This document shows positions 38,305 to 46,898 of a stretch of 52,728 bases of DNA, one piece after another. Below the pieces are notes generated by a model. That model was given only the letters and a program-made list of their open reading frames with translations. It did not search any database and was not told where the DNA came from. The DNA is taken from positions 1 to 52,728 of the forward strand of contig CACZQJ010000074.1 in the NCBI GenBank assembly GCA_902783265.1, in the 5' to 3' direction. Positions within the stretch are counted from its first letter, which is position 1; every line of letters begins with the position of its first letter. The position numbers and the translations under genes were made by a program. This DNA comes from an uncultured Erysipelotrichaceae bacterium (GTDB lineage Bacteria > Bacillota_I > Bacilli_A > RF39 > UBA660).

Positions 38305-38749
38305 TTACATACTCCTCATATTTTGAGAGTACTTGATTGCATATTGTTTTTATCGACTCACCATCTTCTGTTTTGGATAGTATGCTGTCATACTGAACTA
38401 AAATGTTTATGAATTCGCGGTTGTCAGTAATCTTTTGCTTTACATATGTTTCATAGCCTTTTTCTTTATAGTATTTTTGAATTTTTATGGCATTTTCTTT
38501 TTTTGTTGTAATTCCTATGTAGGTATAATACATGTTTTCATCAACTTTATATATATAACTAGTAAATTCTTTCATATTATTTTCCATGCTTTCTTTGTTT
38601 GAATACACACCTTTTTGAATGTAGTATATATTTTCTGCTTGTTTAGAAACTGTTATGCCATCATATGACTCATACTGATCTATAATAAAATATGCCATTG
38701 AAATGCCGATGCATAATGAAATAAAAACTGGAAAAAAATATTTTTTCAT
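38285..38749 (-). CDS. Membrane-anchored SPOR-domain-like protein
   Basis: 154 aa with an N-terminal TM and a SPOR-like beta-alpha-beta segment (YYIQKGVYSNKESMENNMKEF...YYTYIGITTKKENAIKIQKYYKEKGYETYV). Confidence 0.55.
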   Translation of the reverse strand: MKKYFFPVFISLCIGISMAYFIIDQYESYDGITVSKQAENIYYIQKGVYSNKESMENNMKEFTSYIYKVDENMYYTYIGITTKKENAIKIQKYYKEKGYETYVKQKITDNREFINILVQYDSILSKTEDGESIKTICNQVLSKYEEYVNGKYKN

Positions 38750-38852
38750 AGTATCACCATAAATATTGTATTATGATTTTCCATATTTTTTTGTCGATAA
38801 AACTACTCTCTATTATATATATACTTATTTTTTTTGTATTTTCCTTTTTTTA

Positions 38853-38883
38853 ATGAAAAAAATCACTATATAATATAGTGATT
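38853..38883 (-). terminator. ftsZ intrinsic terminator
   Basis: Hairpin aatcactatat / atatagtgatt (38861-38883) overlapping the stop codon, then TTTTTTTC on the minus strand. Confidence 0.55.
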
Positions 38884-39925
38884 AATAGTTACTTCTTCTT
38901 CTTAGGAATGATGGTATAACAGTATCTTCATCGTCAAGTCCAGCAATTGGATCTATATCATCTGATTCTTTTTTATCTTTTTCTACATCAAAGCCTGTAG
39001 CAATAACTGTAACAATAATTTCATCTGTGAAATTTTCATTTATAACAGCCCCAAAAATCGTGTTAATGTCAGTATTTGCAGATTTCCTAATGGCTTCAAC
39101 AGCTTCTTCGACTTCAAATAAAGTTAAATTAGGACCACCTGTTACGTTGATAATGGCGTCTGTTGCTCCATCTATGCTGGTTTCTAAAAGCGGACTTAAT
39201 ACAGCTTGATTGGCGGCTTCAATAGCTCTATCTTCGCCAACTCCAGCTCCAATACCAATTAAAGCATTACCACGTTTTTCCATGACAGTTTTAACGTCAG
39301 CAAAATCAAGGTTGATAAGTCCTGGGCACGCAATTAAGTCAGATATTGACTGTACTCCTCTTCTTAAAACATTATCTACTTCTTTAAATGATTCTAGTAG
39401 TGGTGTTGATTTATCGATTATTTCTCTTAATCTATCATTTGGTACGACAATTAATGTGTCAACGTGTTTTTTTAGTTCTTCAATACCAGCTAAGGCTTGG
39501 TTCATTCTTTTTTTACCTTCGAATGAGAAAGGCTTTGTAACAATACCAATAGTAAGAGCGCCAGAGTTTTGAGCTATATCAGCGATTACTGGTGCAGCTC
39601 CAGTACCAGTTCCTCCACCCATACCGCAAGTGATAAATACCATGTCGGCACCTTTTAAAACTTCTTCAAGCTCGGCTTTTGATTCTAGAGCAGCTTCTTT
39701 ACCAATTTGTGGATTTGCTCCGGCTCCTAGTCCGTGAGTTAATTCTGCACCAATTTGAATTTTCTTTTCAGCTAAAGAATTGTTTAATACTTGAGAATCG
39801 GTATTAGCAACAATAAATTCTACTCCTTCAACTGATTCCGTCATTCTATTTACAGCATTACAACCGCCGCCACCTATTCCTATTACTTTTATTTTTGCAA
39901 GTTGATCCATTTCTAATCCCATCAT
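38882..39925 (-). CDS. ftsZ: Cell division GTPase FtsZ
   Basis: 347 aa with [15 protein letters not shown] and the tubulin signature [18 protein letters not shown] is AGGAGG 8 nt before the ATG. Confidence 0.97.
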   Translation of the reverse strand: MMGLEMDQLAKIKVIGIGGGGCNAVNRMTESVEGVEFIVANTDSQVLNNSLAEKKIQIGAELTHGLGAGANPQIGKEAALESKAELEEVLKGADMVFITCGMGGGTGTGAAPVIADIAQNSGALTIGIVTKPFSFEGKKRMNQALAGIEELKKHVDTLIVVPNDRLREIIDKSTPLLESFKEVDNVLRRGVQSISDLIACPGLINLDFADVKTVMEKRGNALIGIGAGVGEDRAIEAANQAVLSPLLETSIDGATDAIINVTGGPNLTLFEVEEAVEAIRKSANTDINTIFGAVINENFTDEIIVTVIATGFDVEKDKKESDDIDPIAGLDDEDTVIPSFLRRRSNY

Positions 39926-39937
39926 TTGTATTTCCTC

Positions 39938-41167
39938 CTATTCACCGAAAAAGTAATTAAATACTTTCCCTAAAACTGTTCCTTCGTTATTTGATTTGTT
40001 TGGTGAAGAAAGTTTATCCATGTCATCCTCACTAAGCATTGAATAATCCATACCTTTTAATTTTAATGTATTTAAGAAATAAATAATATTACCTATCGCT
40101 GTGCTATATTTATTATTTCTAAGGCCGACTAATTTTACATCGCCTTTAACAGCTGATAACATAACGTCTTTTAAACATAGTTCAAAATCAATCATATTAC
40201 TTATCCCACCAGTTACTATTATATACTGAATTTGTTTATTTGTTAAGCCCCCAAGCTCTTTTTTTGCAGCTTCTAGTATTTCATTTATTCTTGAATATAC
40301 AACTTCTGAGGCGTGATATTCACTTATTTTAATTTTTTTACCTTCAATATCATTTAGTTCATAATATTCATTTTTACTGGCATTTTTTTTATGAGCTAAC
40401 GCAAAATTTTCTTTTATTTTTCTAGCATCTTCTGTACTAATACGATACATATAAGCCAAATCTTTATCAATGTCTTTCCCACCAGCGCTGATAATTTTAG
40501 TGCTTACAGGTATACTTTTGTTATATAAAGATATAGTAGTCATATCGCCACCGATATTAATAATGGCGCTTATACTTTCATCTATCTCTTTATTTTTAAA
40601 GCAATTGATGTCACCAATACTTCCTAGGGAAATATCAGAAAGTTCAATTCCTATACTCTCAATTATACTGGCCACTGAGTAAACATTCTTTTTTGGAACT
40701 GTAGCCATCATTGCTCTTCCCATTAATGTTTGACCAGGAAAATTTTTGGGGTCCTTAATTATTGTTTTATCATTAATTTTAAAATCAATTGGAACAACTG
40801 TTACAAATTCTTCGTTTAAGGATAATTCTTTTTTTATTCCTTCTTTGTATGAATTTATTATGTCATTTCCAGTTATCAGGTCGCCAGTTATTTGGCATTT
40901 CCCTTTTATAAGTTTATAATCGACAAAATGGCATGGAACCGTGGCAACAACTTTTTTTATTCTAACTCCAAGCATCGCTTCTGTTTCTTTTAATGCTTCA
41001 ATTATCGATTCTTTGGCTAATTCTGGGTTGATAATTAGGCCTTTTTTTATTCCTTTAGAAGGAACACTTTTTGCAGCAAGTAAATTTAAGTGATTTTGAT
41101 GAAGTTCGCAAACGACTACTTTTATAGTGTCGCTTCCGATATCAACACTCGCATACACATGCTCCAT
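39938..41167 (-). CDS. ftsA: Cell division protein FtsA
   Basis: 409 aa, actin-like ATPase (ASVDIGSDTIKVVV; IIVTGGISNM), directly upstream of ftsZ. Confidence 0.95.
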   Translation of the reverse strand: MEHVYASVDIGSDTIKVVVCELHQNHLNLLAAKSVPSKGIKKGLIINPELAKESIIEALKETEAMLGVRIKKVVATVPCHFVDYKLIKGKCQITGDLITGNDIINSYKEGIKKELSLNEEFVTVVPIDFKINDKTIIKDPKNFPGQTLMGRAMMATVPKKNVYSVASIIESIGIELSDISLGSIGDINCFKNKEIDESISAIINIGGDMTTISLYNKSIPVSTKIISAGGKDIDKDLAYMYRISTEDARKIKENFALAHKKNASKNEYYELNDIEGKKIKISEYHASEVVYSRINEILEAAKKELGGLTNKQIQYIIVTGGISNMIDFELCLKDVMLSAVKGDVKLVGLRNNKYSTAIGNIIYFLNTLKLKGMDYSMLSEDDMDKLSSPNKSNNEGTVLGKVFNYFFGE

Positions 41168-41249
41168 AAAGTCACCTCCTACGGTCTATCATTAATTATA
41201 CTATAATTTTACTAAAATGAAAACAAAATGTAAAGAAAATTGTGTTTTT

Positions 41250-41283
41250 TTATTAAAAAAGTTTATGAACAATTCATAAACTT
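41250..41283 (-). terminator. Intrinsic terminator after divIB/ftsQ
   Basis: 11-bp hairpin aagtttatgaa (41259-41269) / ttcataaactt (41273-41283), then TTTTTTAAT on the minus strand. Confidence 0.55.
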
Positions 41284-41951
41284 TAACCTTTAACTTCAAA
41301 ATATTCTCCTGAATCCAAATATAGAATTCCCTTTTTATTATCAAATGATTTTATTATTTCTAAATACTTGTCAATTTTATCAAATCTTTCTAATGTTAAA
41401 TAGACATAGTTGCCATCGTTCATAGTTAATAAAAATCTTTCATCATCGACTTCGTTTGGATCATACTTTATTTCAGAAATTCTCTTAACAATGTCATGGT
41501 TTATGTCAGCTATTTCATTTAACAAGCTTTCATATATTTTATCCGGAACATAATTTATAACTGTTGGGACTGGGAAGTTTTCTTCTACTTCGCTTTTGTC
41601 GGTTAAAATTGTTTTTTTTGCTGGCAAATAATAAAAAAGGGGCAAATTTTCTTCTATTTCAATCACAACTTCTTTTAAACCTTTTTTATAGACTTTGGCT
41701 TTTTTTATGTATTGGTCTTTTTCTAATGTTTTTTTTATGCTTGGTGATAAATTCTTTAGGCTACTTGGATAATCATTCAAATTGGCTTTTTTTATTATTT
41801 CATAGTCATTATATAGGACGTTGCCTTTTACTATGACGTTATTTATCTTTATGTCGGTTAAAAAGGATAAACCTAGTAACAGCAGTACTATAATTATAAT
41901 GAATTTTAATAATTTCTTTTTATTTAATCTTCTTTTTTTCTTTTTTGCCAT
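41283..41951 (-). CDS. divIB: Cell division protein DivIB/FtsQ (POTRA domain)
   Basis: 222 aa with a basic N-terminus, a TM, then POTRA-like IKINNVIVKGNVLYNDYEIIKKANL. Located between murB and ftsA. Confidence 0.8.
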   Translation of the reverse strand: MAKKKKRRLNKKKLLKFIIIIVLLLLGLSFLTDIKINNVIVKGNVLYNDYEIIKKANLNDYPSSLKNLSPSIKKTLEKDQYIKKAKVYKKGLKEVVIEIEENLPLFYYLPAKKTILTDKSEVEENFPVPTVINYVPDKIYESLLNEIADINHDIVKRISEIKYDPNEVDDERFLLTMNDGNYVYLTLERFDKIDKYLEIIKSFDNKKGILYLDSGEYFEVKG

Positions 41952-41963
41952 AATTTCACCTTT

Positions 41964-42809
41964 TTATCTTAATATTTCTTGTTCAAGTATTAAATCAATA
42001 TTTTCTTCTTTTTTTATTTTTTCCTTTACTATTTCTATAAGTTCTATCACGTCGTCGGCTTTAGCTTTTCCTTTGTTAATTATAAAGTTGGCATGTTTTA
42101 AAGAAACTTCGGCATCGCCTACTTTTGTTCCTTTTAGTCCCGCTTTTTCAATTAATCTTCCAGCCGAATAGTTTTCGCCGTTTTTAAATACAGATCCAGC
42201 TGATGGATATTCTAGTGGCTGTTTTTCTTTTCTGGTTTCAATTATTTTTTTGATTTCTTTTATAATTTCTTCTTTATTTCCAGGGATTAATTCAAACTCG
42301 GCTTCTAAACATATATAATTTTTATGTTTAAATATAGAATCTCTGTAGCTCAATTTTAAGTCTTCTTGGTTTAAAACTTTTAGATTGTTTTTTTCATCAA
42401 GGATAGTAACTCTTTTTAAAATATTACTAATTTCTTTACCGTATGCACCTGCATTCATGTAAATAGCTCCACCTATAGTTCCTGGTATGCCAGAGGCAAA
42501 TTCTAAGCCAGATAATCCTTTTTTTGCACATTCTAGGGCTAACTTTGGCAAATTATACCCTGCACCTACTGTAACAATATTGTTATTAAATTCTAGCTTA
42601 TCAAAATATTTTAAATTAATTAGTGGATGATTATAACTTTCACTTAAAATCAAATTAGAGCCGTTTCCAATTATTTTATACTTGTTTTTTAAATCTTTGA
42701 TAACAACTTTAAGCTCATCATAATTTTTTGGGAAAATTATCTCTTTGATATATCCGTCTAGTTTATAAGTTGTGTAGTCTTTTATTAATGCATTATTTAT
42801 TTTTTCCAT
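41964..42809 (-). CDS. murB: UDP-N-acetylenolpyruvoylglucosamine reductase
   Basis: 281 aa with an FAD-binding region (IIGNGSNLI; GIPGTIGGAIYMNAGAYG) and the C-terminal PSAGSVFKN. Confidence 0.95.
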   Translation of the reverse strand: MEKINNALIKDYTTYKLDGYIKEIIFPKNYDELKVVIKDLKNKYKIIGNGSNLILSESYNHPLINLKYFDKLEFNNNIVTVGAGYNLPKLALECAKKGLSGLEFASGIPGTIGGAIYMNAGAYGKEISNILKRVTILDEKNNLKVLNQEDLKLSYRDSIFKHKNYICLEAEFELIPGNKEEIIKEIKKIIETRKEKQPLEYPSAGSVFKNGENYSAGRLIEKAGLKGTKVGDAEVSLKHANFIINKGKAKADDVIELIEIVKEKIKKEENIDLILEQEILR

Positions 42810-43881
42810 CTACTAAGCCTTTCAATTTTTTATATATAATTAAGGCACTATCGTCTACTTTTAATCCTGCCAAATTATTTTTCATTTCGTTTAATTTATC
42901 GTTACTATTGATTATTTTATCAATGGTTTCCACTAAGATGCCTTCTTTTAATTCTTTTTCCTCTATCATTATAGCAGCGTCTTTATTTACTAAATCTAGA
43001 GCATTTATGTATTGATGATTATTAGCAACAAATGGTGATGGAATTATAATTGAAGGTACTCCAAGAGCAATTATCTCTGATAAAGTTGAAGCTCCGGCTC
43101 TAGTGACCATTAAATCTGTTTTTTTCATTATACTAGGTAATCCTTCATAAAATGGCAATATTTTAACGTTGTCTGGATATTTATTTTCTAAAACATTCCC
43201 GTATGAACTTTTTCCAGTTATAAATAGAACTTCATAATTCTTTCCTTCAAAGCCATTAAGTTCTTTTTTCATATATTCACTTACTCTACCTGCCCCTAAT
43301 GATCCCATAACTATTAAAACGAGTTTTTTTGTAACTGATAGGCCTAAGTCTCTTTTGTTTATTGGTTCTTTTTTTAAAGCATCTTCTGAGCAGGGGTTTC
43401 CTGTTAAAATTGTTTTATCTTTTGGAAGAAGTTCTAATGAAGATGGAAAAGACGCTCCTATTAGGTCACAATATTTAATTAAAAATTTATTGCTTTTTCC
43501 AGGCAAACTATTTTGCTCGTGTAAAAAAGTTTTGTAACCTAATTTTTTGGCGCTAACTATTACTGGGACAGTAACATATCCTCCTACTCCAATAACAACA
43601 TCAGGATTAAACTCTTTTATCATTTTCTTTGCATCATTAAATGCTTTAAATAAGCACTTGATTGTTTTAAAATTTTTAAATAGATTCTTTTTATTAAATC
43701 CATATATTTCTATTGATTTAAATGGTATACCTTTTTCTGGAATAATATCTTTTTCCATTCTATTATGGGTACCTATATATAAGAACTCTGAATCTGGCTC
43801 CATTTCTTTTATTTTATTTATAATAGCAAGGGCTGGATAAATATGGCCTCCGGTGCCTCCTGCACTAATAATAACTCGCAT
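42793..43881 (-). CDS. murG: Undecaprenyldiphospho-muramoylpentapeptide beta-N-acetylglucosaminyltransferase
   Basis: 362 aa, with N-terminal ISAGGTGGHIYPALA and C-terminal TRAGASTLSEI. Confidence 0.95.
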   Translation of the reverse strand: MRVIISAGGTGGHIYPALAIINKIKEMEPDSEFLYIGTHNRMEKDIIPEKGIPFKSIEIYGFNKKNLFKNFKTIKCLFKAFNDAKKMIKEFNPDVVIGVGGYVTVPVIVSAKKLGYKTFLHEQNSLPGKSNKFLIKYCDLIGASFPSSLELLPKDKTILTGNPCSEDALKKEPINKRDLGLSVTKKLVLIVMGSLGAGRVSEYMKKELNGFEGKNYEVLFITGKSSYGNVLENKYPDNVKILPFYEGLPSIMKKTDLMVTRAGASTLSEIIALGVPSIIIPSPFVANNHQYINALDLVNKDAAIMIEEKELKEGILVETIDKIINSNDKLNEMKNNLAGLKVDDSALIIYKKLKGLVDGKNK

Positions 43882-43924
43882 TATATCACCTATAATTAAT
43901 TATATCATAAATATTTAAAATATA

Positions 43925-43950
43925 TGAAAAAAGGTACCTTATGTACCTTT
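43925..43950 (-). terminator. Intrinsic terminator after the ABC transporter operon
   Basis: 8-bp hairpin aaaggtac (43930-43937) / gtaccttt (43943-43950), then TTTTCATAT on the minus strand, 19 nt after the permease stop. Confidence 0.55.
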
Positions 43951-43968
43951 TGTTGTCACTTTTTTGTA

Positions 43969-45894
43969 TTAAAATTCTGATTTTATATTGCTTATTAAAC
44001 TGTTTTTTCCAAGGCTTTTGTGACTTATTAACATAACTATAAAAACAGTTAAAAACGCTATAATTAAGCTTAAAAATAATACATTTAAATTTAAAATAAT
44101 TTTATTGAAATCAAACATTTCTTTAATTCCATTATATATGTATTTATTAATTATAAATATTGAAGGAACTGCATAGAGCCAACCTTTTAGGCTTATTATT
44201 AAACTTTCTAAAAGCAGACTTAAATTTATACTATTACGCTCTAGTCCTATGCTTTGAAAGGTAGATAATTCTCTTTTTCTATAATTTATATTAATGAAAA
44301 CAGTATTAATAACTGATGATGTCATAACCATAAAAATGAGGATTAATAATGCGTGTAAAAAGAACTCAATTATTAAAGTTAGGTTATTAATAATTTCTTT
44401 TGATTTTTTAACATTTTGATAGGTCATGTCATATTTGTTTTCTTTTATTAATTTATCGATGTATTCATCTAGTCCTTTATAATTAGTATTTAAATATAAA
44501 TTTCCTATATATTCATCACATATTTTATTAAAATCATCTTTATTTAAATTGATAATTACGTCATCCACTCCTTTAAAAAAATACGGTATATTATTTGATA
44601 GTGATAAATTACTTATTTTTATTTTGCCTTCAAAAGTTATTTCATCTAGATTATGAAATCTGTTATAACTTACATGACTTATTTTACTATTTGACTGTGT
44701 AATTTTATCTACTTTATTTATAATTTCATTGCCGCCTATATTAGTTACAATGACTTTGATATCATCATTATAATCATTTAAAAAATATTTTTTGGGAATA
44801 TTGGCATGTGCTTCACAGGATTTAAAAATTATTTTTTTACTAGCTTTTAAATCTTTAGATATCGTAGATAATTTTTCGTAATTTCCTTTTAAACTAATAT
44901 TTAAATCATATTCTGGGACAATTACATATCTATTCATACATTCTAAACCATATTTTAAAATTAGGGAAAAAATATTAATTGAAATCACAAAAATAAAGAC
45001 GCATACTATTAAGTTTTTATATTTTCCACTGCTTCTTTTGTAATTTATACATGTAAGCCATAGAATAAAATTTTTGAATGGTTTTACTTCTACTTTATCT
45101 ATAACATCTTTTTTTCTAAACAGTTCCATTGCTTTATATTTTTTTATATTTTTAAGTGGCAGCGATGCAGATATGAGTATTATTAAAGTCATAAATAAAA
45201 ATGGGATAAATATAAATGGAAAGTATACTTTTAAGATTAGTTTTCCTTTAAATATTTCATATAGCGTAACATTTATAATTTTTAAAATAATCCAATTAGT
45301 AAAAATCGATAATATAAATCCTAAAATAATTCCTGTTAAACCTATGATTAAAGCTTCTTTAAAAAATAGTTTATATAAGTCATTATTATCCATGCCTATT
45401 AATTTGAATGATGCTACGTCTTTTTTTCTAATAGTTAAACTCGCATTAAAGGAATTATATATTATAAAAAATATAATAATGCTTAAAATAGAAACTAAAA
45501 AATAAATAATTTTTTTGAAGGCTTTAAGTATATTTTTGCTTTTGGACATTCCGTATAAGGAAAGTAAGCTATCATTATAAGTAACTATCTTACATTTATC
45601 TTTTTTGCAAATGGTTTTGGTATTTTCATAAACTTTATTGATGTTTTTATAAATAATATAGTATCTTTCATTTTTGTTTTGTTTGCTTGAAATAAAGTCA
45701 TAGTTTTTTATATCTCCTTTTATAATTACATGGTAATTTCCTATTTCTTCTTTAACATTATTTATTAAATATTCTCTTAGTGATGAAAACAAAACTCCCA
45801 CACTTATTAGTAAAACGGAACTTAAAGTGATGCCTAAAATAGTAAATATATTTCTTTTTTTACCATTTTTTATGTAGCTATTTACGTATGTCAT
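43969..45894 (-). CDS. FtsX-domain ABC transporter permease, BceB-like (about 10 TM, large extracellular loop)
   Basis: 641 aa with two FtsX-type 4-TM modules separated by a hydrophilic region of about 200 aa. It overlaps the ATPase gene by 17 nt. Confidence 0.8.
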   Translation of the reverse strand: MTYVNSYIKNGKKRNIFTILGITLSSVLLISVGVLFSSLREYLINNVKEEIGNYHVIIKGDIKNYDFISSKQNKNERYYIIYKNINKVYENTKTICKKDKCKIVTYNDSLLSLYGMSKSKNILKAFKKIIYFLVSILSIIIFFIIYNSFNASLTIRKKDVASFKLIGMDNNDLYKLFFKEALIIGLTGIILGFILSIFTNWIILKIINVTLYEIFKGKLILKVYFPFIFIPFLFMTLIILISASLPLKNIKKYKAMELFRKKDVIDKVEVKPFKNFILWLTCINYKRSSGKYKNLIVCVFIFVISINIFSLILKYGLECMNRYVIVPEYDLNISLKGNYEKLSTISKDLKASKKIIFKSCEAHANIPKKYFLNDYNDDIKVIVTNIGGNEIINKVDKITQSNSKISHVSYNRFHNLDEITFEGKIKISNLSLSNNIPYFFKGVDDVIINLNKDDFNKICDEYIGNLYLNTNYKGLDEYIDKLIKENKYDMTYQNVKKSKEIINNLTLIIEFFLHALLILIFMVMTSSVINTVFININYRKRELSTFQSIGLERNSINLSLLLESLIISLKGWLYAVPSIFIINKYIYNGIKEMFDFNKIILNLNVLFLSLIIAFLTVFIVMLISHKSLGKNSLISNIKSEF

Positions 45895-46555
45895 TTATGA
45901 TTTTACCGTCTTTCATTATAATGTTTCTCTTACACCTTCTAGCTAAATACTCATCATGAGTTACCATGACAATTGTTTGTTTGTGTTTTTTGTTATAGTA
46001 TTCTAACAATTTCATGACCTTTAGGCTGTTTTTGCTATCTAAATTACCCGTTGGTTCATCAGCAAATAGTATTTTTGGTCTATTTATTAAAGCTCTCCCA
46101 ATTGCTGTTCTTTGCTGAAGGCCTCCAGATAGATCATTAGGCATTGAATTTATTTTGGTAGTGAGTCCTAATGTTTTAATAAGTTCGTTTAACCTTTTAC
46201 TATTTATATCTTTTTTATCTAAAAGCACGGGTAATAATATATTTTCTTTAACGTTTAAATTTGGAATTAGATTATAAAACTGATATATAACTCCGATATT
46301 TTTTCTTCTAAATATGGTCAGTTCTTTTTCTTTCATTTTATAGATGTTTTGATTATTAATTATAATTTCTCCGCTTGTTGGGCTATCGAGTCCTGAAAGA
46401 ATGTGCAGAAGTGTACTTTTACCGCATCCACTCTTACCTGTAATACATACAAATTCACCTTTATTAATGCTTAAGTTAATATTCTTTAATGCTAAAAATT
46501 CGTTTTCACCTTTTCCGTATTTCTTGTTTAAATTGTTTACTTTTAATATTTCCAT
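45878..46555 (-). CDS. ABC transporter ATP-binding protein (MacB/BceA-type)
   Basis: 225 aa with Walker A GKSGCGKSTLL, signature LSGGLQQRTAIGRAL and Walker B ILFADEPTGNLD. RBS is GAGGGTGA. Confidence 0.93.
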   Translation of the reverse strand: MEILKVNNLNKKYGKGENEFLALKNINLSINKGEFVCITGKSGCGKSTLLHILSGLDSPTSGEIIINNQNIYKMKEKELTIFRRKNIGVIYQFYNLIPNLNVKENILLPVLLDKKDINSKRLNELIKTLGLTTKINSMPNDLSGGLQQRTAIGRALINRPKILFADEPTGNLDSKNSLKVMKLLEYYNKKHKQTIVMVTHDEYLARRCKRNIIMKDGKIINDIRK

Positions 46556-46611
46556 GAATTCACCCTCTATTATTGTACTATTTAAGATTTTATTTTTTTT
46601 CTCTATTTATA

Positions 46612-46705
46612 TTGCAAGCTTAAAGAAAATGTGTTATAAATGTGTTAGAGGGTGCTACCAGGCAAACCTCTGTTGGGTTTACCTAGCTTTTAGCTAGGTT
46701 TTTTA
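46612..46705 (+). ncRNA. Candidate about 60-nt plus-strand small RNA (promoter plus terminator), antisense to the small-ORF transcript
   Basis: TTGCAA (46612-46617) - 17 nt ending TGt - TATAAA (46635-46640). Intrinsic terminator acctagc (46681-46687) / gctaggt (46693-46699) followed by TTTTTTATTA. No credible plus-strand CDS here. Confidence 0.35.
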
Positions 46706-46781
46706 TTATCTTTTTGCAGGTGCATCTTTTAGAATAACTAATAAGATGACTAGAATAACTAAATATTCCATATTCCTCCAT
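46683..46781 (-). CDS. Candidate 32-aa leader peptide (MEEYGIFSYSSHLISYSKRCTCKKIIKNLAKS)
   Basis: ATG preceded by GGGGGGTGA with a 5-nt spacer. Its stop codon falls inside the 46681-46699 hairpin. It is below the 60-aa cut-off of the ORF track. Confidence 0.3.
   Translation of the reverse strand: MEEYGIFSYSSHLISYSKRCTCKKIIKNLAKS
46706..46771 (-). CDS. Alternative-frame 21-aa hydrophobic peptide (MEYLVILVILLVILKDAPAKR), type I toxin-like
   Basis: ATG preceded by GGAGG, but with only a 3-nt spacer. It has a hydrophobic core and a charged tail. Mutually exclusive frame with the 32-aa ORF. Confidence 0.2.
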   Translation of the reverse strand: MEYLVILVILLVILKDAPAKR

Positions 46782-46861
46782 AAGCATCACCCCCCTTTAA
46801 AGAGGCTTACCTAGCTTTTCACCCTCTATATTATATATACTGGGTATTCTTTTAATTTCCT

Positions 46862-46898
46862 TTTTTTAAAACAAAAAAACTTTATAAAAATAAAGTTT
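46862..46898 (-). terminator. mgtC intrinsic terminator
   Basis: 9-bp hairpin aaactttat (46877-46885) / ataaagttt (46890-46898), then TTTTTGTTTT on the minus strand. Confidence 0.55.

Larger units (their letters stand above)
46559..46829 (-). promoter_or_regulatory. Structured leader with repeated SD-like and anti-SD segments upstream of the ABC transporter
   Basis: The exact 12-mer ttcaccctctat occurs at 46559-46570 (the SD of the ABC ATPase gene) and at 46818-46829. Its 9-nt reverse complement tagagggtg lies at 46646-46654. The exact 13-mer ttacctagctttt occurs at 46679-46691 and 46807-46819, and its complement gctaggt lies at 46693-46699. Confidence 0.45.

Noticed and set aside
46401-46697. 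98-aa plus-strand ORF spanning the ABC ATPase 5' end and the leader region.
   Set aside because: Its first two-thirds are antisense to the ATPase gene, it has no RBS, and the plus-strand signals (promoter at 46612-46640, terminator at 46681-46705) fit a short non-coding RNA better.
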